Positions 15,473 to 28,034 of a DNA stretch of 64,000 nt are shown one piece after another. The stretch comes from Paecilomyces variotii. Its lineage: Eukaryota. Every line of letters begins with the position of its first letter. Position 1 is the first letter of the stretch. The notes under the pieces are model-generated. The model had not been told where the DNA came from, ran no database searches, and saw only the letters and a program-made list of their open reading frames with translations. The position numbers and the translations under genes were made by a program. The stretch is taken from the NCBI GenBank assembly GCA_004022145.1, contig RCNU01000003.1, one strand, 5' to 3'.

Positions 15473-16013
15473 CTTGGAATGGGTGTAGGAATTGAGGTCG
15501 GTCCAGGAAATAATTCCTCTCCAATCAATTCATAAGTGCTCTTCTTATAACTTGGTTAAAGAGGAACGAATGAATCCGTCTTGTCAATAATCAAAAAGTT
15601 CAAAGTGTATGTTTTTTGACTCTCTCCGCGCAGGCCCTTGCTAGGAGAGCTGGAGGCCCCACGGCCGATGAAGAAGAGCTCGGCGGGTCTCAATACTTAG
15701 GAGTCTCGAAGACCCCACATGAGACACGAGGCTGAATTCAGGTGGACGAAGGATGGAGAGTGAATATTCTATCATCAACGGTGGGAATAATGTATAATGC
15801 AATTTATGATAATATGCTGCAGAGTTGTTGTATTACTTGATGGATTAAGATGAACTAGGGATAAGACTGGCAGCTTATGTTGGGAACCTGATTTAACTCC
15901 GTTATTGGGCGTACAATAGCTACTTGACGTATTTAGCTATCTACCTTAACATGCATAATTCCTCTTGTATCCGGACTCTAACCCAAATTGCAAAATGTAA
16001 GCTCGTACGGTCT

Positions 16014-18143
<2,130 letters not shown>

Positions 18144-18719
18144 GGTTTATAGGAATTGAGATCAAGGATTTGAGATTATACAACGACGATTGTTTGAGAG
18201 CTGACAACTTTCACAGCAGAAGACTCGAAAGCCTTCTATGGCTACTATATATGTATATATATATATATATATGTCTGCATAATGATCTTCAAGCATAAAT
18301 ATAATTGACCGCGGCGTATATAATTGATCGGTATATCCCCGGATGATCCTCAGAAGCGGGGAGAAACCCGGGGTCGATTGCTTTTCTCATACAATGTGTG
18401 TTTCAGTGTTCTCATGTGCCTAGACTAGACACATCATTGTAACTATCAGTGTATGTTCATAGTAATACATGTATCTATGTGTTGCATAACTAGCAAGCGA
18501 TCATCCACTAGTATCCTTTACCGATGAGTGGGGTCGGAAGGCGGTCGCCTGTGGGGTGCGGAGCAGCAGCGGATAAGCACATTTCCCCCTCGATGATCCC
18601 TAGCCGATTCTCCTTCAGCTCCACGAGCTCACTTGGACTTCTTCTTTTCTTTCTCTTCCTTCTTTCCTTCTCATGTGCACCAATTCCTCCAGGACAGTCA
18701 ACAGGTTGCGGTGCTCAGT
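18144..18719. promoter_or_regulatory. Bidirectional promoter of the VAO-like and CoA-transferase genes
   Basis: Head-to-head ATGs at 18143 (-) and 18720 (+); (AT)n tract at ~18247-18272; several G(C/T)GG(G/A)G sites; direct repeat ATAATTGA(C/T)CG at 18301 and 18320. Confidence 0.6.
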
Positions 18720-20525
18720 ATGAAGGCGAAGGTCAGTCCGCTGTTCAGCCCCATATGGCGGCGGAACTTCTCCGCATCCTCCGCCCAGAGGGCGATCGAC
18801 AAGGTCGTTCCCTCCGCCGCGGAGGCTGTTAAGGACGTGAAGGGAGACTCTACGCTTCTCGTGGGAGGATTTGGTTTCTCCGGTGTTCCCAACACGCTCA
18901 TCAATGCCCTGCGGGACAGGCCCGAATTGAAGGGCTTCACCGTTGTCTCCAACAATGCTGGCATGCCAGGAGTCGGCCTGGGTGAGCAACTTCTGGAGCG
19001 AACGTGAATCTAGAGGATATACACGGCTGACAGCAAGAAATGTAGGCCAACTCCTTGAATCCGGTCAGATTAGCAAGATGATCGCTTCCTTCATTGGCGA
19101 AAACAAGGTCTTCGAGAAGATGTACCTCACCGGAGATCTGTCTCTGGAGCTCACTCCTCAAGGCTCAATTGCAGAGAAGTGCGCTGCTGGTGCTGCTGGT
19201 GTCCCCGCTTTCTATACCCCTGCTGCTTATGGAACTATCGGTAGGATCCAATGGCAAACCCAGTTATTTCTTACAATCAGGCTGACCGTCGAAAGTGCAA
19301 ACTGGTGAACTCCCTGTCCGCTACAACAAAGACGGAACTGTCGCAGAAAAGTCGAAACCCAAGGAAACCCGTGAATTCAATGGCAAGCAATACGTTCTGG
19401 AAGAGGCTATCTTCGGTGACTACGCTCTGGTCAAGGTCCACAAGGCAGACAAGCTTGGTAACTGCCAGTTCCGCAAGGCCATGAACAACTTCAACGAGGC
19501 TATGGGAAAGAACGCCAAGGTTACTCTCGTCGAGGCCGATCAGATCGTCGAGGTTGGCGAGATCGCTCCCGAGGACATTCATCTGCAGGGTATCTACGTC
19601 GACAAGGTCATCCAGAGCACCGAGCCCAAGAAGATCGAGAAGTACACCTACGCCAAGGACCCGAACGAGTTGCTGAAGGCCGGTAAGTCACTTCCGCGCA
19701 CCTGTCTTTATCCCTTGACTGACGTGTCTTCGTGTATCAGGCAGCGGAGATGCCACTGCTCGCCGTGAGCGTATCGTCCGTCGTGCCGCTAAGGAGTTCA
19801 AGGACGGCATGTACGTGAACTTGGGTATTGGAATTCCTCTTATCGCCCCCTCTTTCCTGCCCGAGGGTGTGGAAGTCGTCTTGCAATCTGAAAACGGTAT
19901 CCTTGGACTTGGTGGTTACCCCAAGCCCGGCGAGGAGGACCCTGACCTCATCAACCCGGGTAAGGAAACCGTTGTTCTGGGCCGTGGCGCTTCTCTGTTC
20001 GGATCGCACGAGAGTTTCGGTATGATTCGCGCTGGTAAGATCGATCTCACCATGCTGGGTGCGCTGCAGGTCAGCCAGTACGGAGGTAAGTCTTTCACCC
20101 GCTTCTCGGCCAACTTTTACCCATGACTAACGATTATTAGATCTTGCCAACTTCATGCTTCCCGGTAAAGTCAAGGGTATTGGTGGTGCTATGGACCTGG
20201 TTGCGAACCCTGAGAAGACCAAGGTCGTCGTCACCATGGTATGTACCTATCTACACAAACACACCCCCTTCTTGAACAAAAGTCTAACAACCAGCAGGAG
20301 CACGTTGATAAGAAGGGCAACCCCAAGATCCTTTCTGAGTGCACCTTCCCCCTGACCGGTCCCCGCTGTGTCTGGAAGATCATCACCGATCTCGCCGTCT
20401 TTGATGTCAGCCCCACCGAGGGTCTGACCTTGAGGGAGTTTGCTGAAGGTGTTAGCGTTGACGAGATCAAGGCTAAGACGGCCGCTCCCTTCAAGGTTGC
20501 AGATGATCTGAAGCCAATGCTTTAA
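18720..20525 (+). CDS. Succinyl-CoA:3-oxoacid CoA-transferase (SCOT / 3-oxoadipate CoA-transferase type, fused A+B domains), mitochondrial-like presequence
   Basis: '[12 protein letters not shown]', 'VSNNAG', '[11 protein letters not shown]', 'YVNLGIGIP', catalytic 'LQSENG', '[21 protein letters not shown]', 'CTFPLTG'. Confidence 0.93.
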
Positions 20526-21101
20526 GTTAATCTGCATGATATTATATATGTACGTTTCATCCGTCATGGTGTCGGATATGTCAACTGGATATGATATTTA
20601 GCCATGTATAGAATGATTACAAAATCGAAATTTTCTTTCAAATAATAGCCCAGTCTGAAAATGCCTTGTCTTGTCGACCACGTAGAAGACAATAACAAGC
20701 ATAAACCGAGTAACTATACGCTGAGACAGTTAGCGGGGCCGTGCACAGTCCCGAGGTCCCGATCTTGGATGAACAAGTTAGGCATAGCTTGGGATAAGCG
20801 CTCACCTCGTTTTAGCGTCGCGCGACGCGACAATGCTTCCTAATAGTCTTTGCATCATATACAAAGGGGATATGGGTTATTTGACCCTTACGAAGGGTTA
20901 AGTGACCTGGGTACTCGCTGCTGCTAGACGGGGGGCTGGCGTTGGCGCTTATGTTGTTCATGACTTTTCCCCGTTCAGTTAACTACACCACTCGCCAAGG
21001 TAACCGTGATCTTACACTTCTGAATTTCCATTTTCTTTCGGGATATGGGGTTCCTTTCAAAGGGTTTATTCATTCGAGTATGCAACTTCAATGTGAGAAA
21101 T

Positions 21102-22839
21102 ATGAGTTCGTGGTGCAGCAATCGGGACCTATTTGAGTACACCTCAGGGCGGTTCTTGTGAGTCGTATTTAACACGCTCCCATTGCCTTTAATGACTCTG
21201 CTGATATTTGTCTGGTTTATAGATTTAACGAGGAGCTTCGTCTCACCGAACGTCGCGTGCAATTTGATGTCGATGCTCTCGCAACAGCCATATGCCGTGC
21301 CGTCAGCCGACCTGTGTCTGACCTTGCTTCAATCGTGAAGCTCGCAGAAGGAGGCTTCAACCGTGTCCTTCAGGCCACATTCAATGACGACTATGCAGTA
21401 CTTGCCAGACTTCCTTACCACACAACGGTTCCGAAATATCGTGCGGTTTCTAGCGAAGCAGCTACACTTGATTTACTGCGCTCGTGTGGCGTTCCGGTCC
21501 CTAAAGTCCTTGGATACTCCCCAGACCATACGAACCCCGTCGGTACTGAATACCTTCTTTTGGAGAAACTTGATGGCACGCCCTTGAGTGATCAGTGGTT
21601 CACCATGAATAACAAGACCCGAGTCAAAATAATGAGGCAAATCGTTGACGTGGAGAAACAATTCATGAGCATCTTGCTGCCAGCGAGCGGGAGTTTGTAC
21701 TATCGCAGAGACCTTGGAGAGTCGGAATTCGCTATTGCATTGTCTGAACAATCTGCATCTGATCAGATCGTTGTCGGTCCGACTGCACAGTTTGAATGGT
21801 GGTACCGGGAACGAGCATTATTAGACGTTGACCGTGGTCCATGTACTTCCTTCCGCCCTTTATATGCTGACGACATTTATTGATGAAAGGACCAGGGAAG
21901 ACATTTCTGGGATGCTTCGAAGCTCCCGCAAAACGCGAGATAGGATTTTGTAAACGGTTCGGCAAATCTCGCCTTCACGTTGAACGGTATCTGCGCGAGT
22001 TGCACCAGTTCAAAGAGATGTCACCAACTGTTCACATCCAGTTACTCTCTGATTACTTGAAATTAGCGCCCTCTTTGGAGATCTCGTCAAGCCATCGCTT
22101 TTCTCGACCAGTCCTTCGCCATCCAGATTTTTCGCCGAATAATATATTGGTAAATTCTTCTAGTGACATAGTGGGAATCATTGACTGGCAGCATGCCGTG
22201 GCTTTACCACTCTGCTTGTGTGCCGGCATTCCAGATCATTTTCAAAATTGGGGCGATCTATTGTCAGAAACACTGGCAAAGCCAGAAGTCAAATTACCAC
22301 AAAACTTTCATAACCTAAGTCAAAATGAACAAGAGGCGGTGCAAGAGACCATGCGAAGGCGCCTTGTCCATTTCTACTACGCTGCATTGACCATGACGCA
22401 GATACCAGATCACTTTGACGCTATAAGGAACGAAAACGCGATGCTTCGAGCCAAGCTTTTCAACCGCGCTGGGGCACCCTGGGAAGGGGACTCATTGTCT
22501 CTCAAGTATGCAATGATCCAGGTGTATCAAAACTGGCCGATGTATCTTGACAATGCGGCGCCCGCAGAATCAATTGACTGTCCAGTGGAGTATTCTGAAG
22601 AAGAGATACAACAATGCATAAATGAACATAGCCAGGAGCAGGAGAAGCTGCAAGAACTGATCGAGATGAGGAGCCACATAGGTATAGATGCTCTCGGCTG
22701 GGTCCCTGATGATGAGCAACTGGAAAAGTCGAGAGCTGTCGCTCAAGCAATCAAAGCGGGATTGTTGGAGCACTCTGATACTGAAACTGAGCGGGTGGCC
22801 TTGCAAACCCATTTTCCTTTCGACGACCATGTCGCGTAG
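21102..22839 (+). CDS. Aminoglycoside-phosphotransferase/choline-kinase-like protein (fungal APH/Aim9-like family)
   Basis: Spliced N-terminus 'LFEYTSGRFLFNEELRL'; 'KLAEGGFNRV', 'SEAATL', 'PVPKVL', 'HPDFSPNNILV', 'IIDWQ'; start codon uncertain. Confidence 0.8.
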
Positions 22840-23388
22840 TAGTGCATCATAAAAGGGACATCGCTCCGAAAGGATTCGACTCTATAGCTCTCATGAGATC
22901 AGCTTCGGTGTATTGTGGTACTACGCTTGCAGTAAACCGTAGACAGTATGTATGCATGACCAACTCCACAATTCTCCTTAGTATTCTCTCACATAATACG
23001 TACTGTGCGTTGTTGGCAAAATTTGGAGTAATAATCATGATTGTTTATAGTTAGTTGTAATCTTGGCTGAGAGCTTGGAGAACGTGGGGCTGTCAACGCT
23101 TACGCCCCACGGGCAGTGACCGCCAGTAGTAGAGGAGCTTAGTGGGCGGCTAAGTAGATACCCCGTATTGAAGAGTCCGGACTGCAGTACCTAAATTAAC
23201 CAACTCCGTAATGTATGTACTACTATGTAGTTGCAGGAGCTGCGGAGTTCACTTAGTAAAGATTCACTGGTTTATTTTACCTTCTTTCTTGAACGCCAAT
23301 TTCGATCATCACGACGGGTAATTTCTCGTTTCCACCATTTTGAGATTTGGAGTCTCTCTTGTATAGATTGCAGAACACCACCGCAGGG

Positions 23389-24834
23389 ATGATCGGCAAA
23401 GCAGCGAGGGAGGTCCTCAAAAAATCACCACAGGACATTGTCGTCTTGTCCTCGGTGCGGAGTCCGATTGCCAGGGCCTTTAAGGGCGGGTTTAAAGATT
23501 CATGGCCGGAGGAGATCTTGATTCCGGTATGATTAAGTATCTCCGTCTTCTTCGAGGTTATCTTTATGACAAAAAAAAAAAAAAAGAAAAGAAGCGTTTT
23601 CTAACATGCGAAAAATCACAACAAAATAGGTCATGCAAGCCGCCGTAAAGAAAGCCAACATCGAACCAGGCCAGGTCAACGATGCGATGATTGGAAATGT
23701 CCTCTCTGAGCTGGGATTCGCCAAAACGGGACGAATGGCATTGAATGCGGCTGGTTTCCCTAACTCGACGACATTTCACACTGTGAATAGACAATGCTCG
23801 AGTAGTTTGCAGGCCATCACGCATGTTTCGCACTCTATCATGGTCGGTCAGCTCGATGTCGGGTTGGCGGGTGGTGTTGAGAGCATGACGCGCAACTACG
23901 CCTCGCGCGGTATTCCCGTTGATGTGTCTCCGACGCTGAAGGAGTCGCCGGTTAAGGATGCGCGGGATTGTATTTTGCCTATGTTGAAGACGTCGGAGAA
24001 TGTTGCTCAGCGGTATGGGATTGGACGTAGGGAGCAGGATGAGTTTGCCGCCGAGAGTCAGCGTCGGGCTAGCGAGGCGCAGAAGAGTGGGCGGTTTGAA
24101 GATGAGATTGTCCCGATCACGGCGCGGTGGATTAACGAGGAGACCAAGGAGGAGACTACGAAGTTGGTGACTTTGGACGAAGGTATTCGACACGGTGTGA
24201 CGGTTGAGAAACTGGAGAAGTTGAAGCCGGTGTTGGAGGGAGGAGCCAGCACGGCCGGGAACTCGTGAGTAGCTGGCATTGCGCTGATGCGGAATTCTAT
24301 TCTGTGTCCTTGAGATCTCTAACGTGCAGTAGGTCTCAAATTTCTGACGGTGCCTCTACTACGATCCTTGCGCGCCGTGCCTGGGCTGATGCCCATGGGT
24401 TGAAGCCGATCGGACGTTTCGTGGGCACGCAAGTCGCTGGTGTCGCTCCGGACGAGATGGGCATTGGACCTGTACCGGCAATCCTCAATCTCTACAAATA
24501 CTGCGGCGTTGAGCAGAAGGACATTGATATCTTCGAGCTGAACGAGGCCTTTGCTAGCCAGACTATCTACTGTATCCGCGAGCTTGGACTGGACCCTGCC
24601 AAGGTCAACCCCAACGGCGGTGCCATTGCTCTGGGCCATCCTGTCGGCGCGACTGGAGGCCGACAGACTGCTACTCTGCTTGCTGAGCTCCAGAAGCAGG
24701 ACAAAGAGCTCGGAATCGTCAGCATGTGTGCTAGGTGAGTTGAACTTGTAATTGGTTTGGTCGTGAGCAGCTACTAACACGCGCTGCAACACAGCACTGG
24801 TATGGGTGTGGCGTCTCTCTTCATCAGGGAGTAG
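23389..24834 (+). CDS. 3-ketoacyl-CoA thiolase (possibly 3-oxoadipyl-CoA thiolase)
   Basis: Catalytic '[11 protein letters not shown]', 'GGVESMT', 'STAGNSSQISDGA', 'ELNEAFA', '[18 protein letters not shown]', 'SMCASTGMG'; ends SLFIRE*. Confidence 0.93.
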
Positions 24835-25400
24835 GCATAGCCACCTAGCTATCCACTTGGTCTCCGCTCGCACAGATGCGTTGTTGGTTCCATGATTCCA
24901 TCTTTCTCACCGCGAGATCGTTGCGGGACTCGATAACAGAATCGATGGTGAGGCTCGGGGAGGAGCTTGGCGGATGGAGAACACAAGAAAAGGCCCCACG
25001 AAATAGCGCGACGAAGTTATGCGGGGAAGCTTGGGTAACTTGGATACTGTCAGTAATTAATTATTTAATATTGACTTAGACTACTACTTATGTAACTTAC
25101 AGACAACGCAGAAATGTGAGAGCTGAAAGCCCCACACTAAGTTTAGAATTGAGCTGTCGACGATGTGGTGCAGAGCAAAAGGTCCATGTGCGTTGTAATA
25201 ATACTACATCTGGTCAATTATTGTAGATGTGCTTTTCCTTCCAATCAAAGAGCTATTGGTTCAGATCGTCGCGCGTCAAGTGCTGCTATAGAGACATCCC
25301 TGATCACGCGTTGGAGACGCTCGCTCGCTAGGTCCTGCCAGCGCAACGACAGCAACCAACGACCCAGCTGTGTGAGATACATTTTCGAGAATTGATCAAC

Positions 25401-26917
25401 ATGTCACTCTTTGCGCAATTGCTGCGACACTCACAACGGGTCTCTGCTGTTCCTCGAATTCGCATTGCCAGCCAGAGAAGACTCATGGGTTCAGTCAGTG
25501 CTATCGACTCGGGCATCTTCCGGACGCTGTTCGGCACGGAGGAGATCCGGAAGGTATGATGGAGATTCTTGATGATTTCTTTCTTTCGTTTCTACGTTCA
25601 TGCAATGCTGATGAGATATACTTCTTCAAGGTGTTCGATGACAAGGCCTACATCCAACGCTGTGTCGATGCGGAAGCAGCACTGGCACGAGCGCAATCGC
25701 GGTGCAATGTGATCCCTCCGGAGGTCGGTGACATGGTGACTTCCAAGGTGGCCCAGTCAGAGCTGGATCTCGAGCGACTACGACACGAGACGGAAATCGT
25801 GGGTTATCCCATCCTGCCTCTCGTCCGACAGCTGTCGGCCATCTGCGGCGAGGAAGCGGGCAAGTATGTGCACTGGGGCGCGACAACGCAGGATATCATG
25901 GACCTTGCCAGCGTCCTACAGATGAAGCAAGGCCTGGCCATTGTGGAGCGCTTGCTAAAGGACGTGATAAAGACCTTGCGAGATCTCTCGGAGAGGTACA
26001 AGGACACGCCAATGGCGGGAAGAACCCATCTGCAGCATGCGCTGCCTGTTACTTTTGGTTACAAGTGCGCCGTTTGGCTGTCTGGTTTCCAGAGACATCT
26101 GGAACGGTTGGAACAGCTCAAGAGCCGTACGCTGCTTGTCCAATTTGGCGGTGCAGCTGGTACCCTGGCGTCGCTGGGAAATGGCGATGACGGTCTCAGG
26201 GTGCGGAGAGCGTTGGCTGAAGAATTGGGCCTGGCGGACCCTTCCATTACCTGGCACGTTGCGCGCGACGGTGTTGCGGAGATCGTCAACTTCCTGGCCC
26301 TGATGGGAGGTTCGATGGGTAAGCTGGCGCTTGATATCATCGTCATGTCCTCCAACGAGCTCGGCGAAGTGTCGGAGCCGTTCGTCCCTCACCGCGGTGC
26401 ATCTTCGACGATGCCGCAGAAGCGGAATCCTATCTCCAGCGAAGTCATCCTGGCAGCCTCCAAGATTCTGCGCTCTAATGCTGGGCTAGTCCTTGATGGC
26501 ATGGTAGCTGACTTTGAGCGTGCCTCGGGGCCCTGGCATCTCGAGTGGGTGGCGGTGCCGGAGAGCTTTGTGATCGCGGTCGGTGCCCTTTTCCAGACAC
26601 ACTTTGCGTTGTCCGGTCTGTCTGTGCACAGCAAGCAGATGCTTGACAACCTGCACTCCACCAAGGGCCTGATCGTGGCAGAGGCCGTCATGATGGGCAT
26701 GGCCCCGTATGTGGGTCGCCAAAACGCTCACGACATTGTCTATGCAGCGTGCAAGGAGAGCATCGAGAAAAACCTAACGCTTCTCGAGTGCCTGCTCTCC
26801 AAGGAAGAAGTCACGTCGAAGATGGAGGAAGAGCGTCTGCGCGCGCTCTGTGACCCTGTCAACTACCTGGGAGCATCACAGCAGATGGTCGACGATGTTC
26901 TCGCGGTGAAGTACTGA
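25401..26917 (+). CDS. PcaB (3-carboxy-cis,cis-muconate cycloisomerase)-like class II fumarase/aspartase-superfamily lyase
   Basis: Exon 1 MSLFAQLLRH...MGSVSAIDSGIFRTLFGTEEIRK; intron 25554-25630; 'HWGATTQDIMD', 'GRTHLQHA', 'QFGGAAGTLASLG', signature 'GASSTMPQKRNPISSE', 'ERASGPWHLEW', 'DPVNYLG'. Confidence 0.85.
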
Positions 26918-28034
26918 GAATTGTAGATACCTGAGCGATTTAGTATTGCATTTATGGGATAGCATAAAGATTGAGTTTTGTCTATATCTACCATCTACAT
27001 GATTTTGCTCAATTTCCCAGAATTATTTTATCTACCTAGGTAGTTAGTTACATTCTGGTCGATTACTTAATCTTAGTTGTCCCAATTGTTAATTATCACC
27101 ACGTGAAAGGCTTTCAGAGAGCCTCATCTATAGCTCGAATTACCCCGCAAAGTTCGGTTCGTTCAGCACCAACAACATATCATTGATATCTAGGTAACCA
27201 GTAACTGGAACTGTGACTGGCAGTGGAGCACGGCCGTTCCATCAACTACCTACCTTTAACCCAAACCATCATCGACCTGCAATACTGAACGGCATCCATG
27301 GATTCTGTCAAGGGACCACTTCGCCATGACATCAGTGGGGTCAAGAGAAGTGAGACAATCTGGCCTGATTTCCAACGCAGATCCAGAGACTGTGGCAGAT
27401 AACGTCTACAGCGTTGGTAGTCTCACGTTGGAGACGATGGAGCCGTCTTCTCCCACCGTATCGAAGGAGGTCTTCGATTAACGCAGATCCTGTCTATGTA
27501 CGCAAGTCCGGCATGAACCACTCTCCTAGCTGGCTTCTGCCTGCGTAACTAATCAAGTGGGTGATGCAGTACATCGCTTGGATGGCTTTACATGGTGATA
27601 TCGCCCCTCCGGTACGGGCCAAAAGATCAAATACTTATTGTACGCCTAGGCGATCATGCATCTTGCTCAATTACAAAACCCTCAAATGGCGACTTGACCC
27701 CATCTACACGCTTTTCCTCCACTTGTTACTAACTCATGGATATGTCTTTGTGCTTCATCCACCATCGTTCTCCACATGCCAGCCCCGCAAGATACTCGGA
27801 GCTGAAATGTCGCCGCGGGTGCGAGAGTGGGCCGATATAGTTCTCTAGAGAGTCTTTGCGCTCAAAAGACTCATGTAATAATAATTATTGAACGGACTTG
27901 AAAGATCGGAACGAGGACCAAACTTTTCGACTGTCTTAGCCTTTCTGCCTTTGAGTTGTCAGGACGGACAAATATCTCCTTGTTTAATATACTTTGCTCT
28001 ATTTTGTATTATTCTACTGCATCCAACAACAAAC

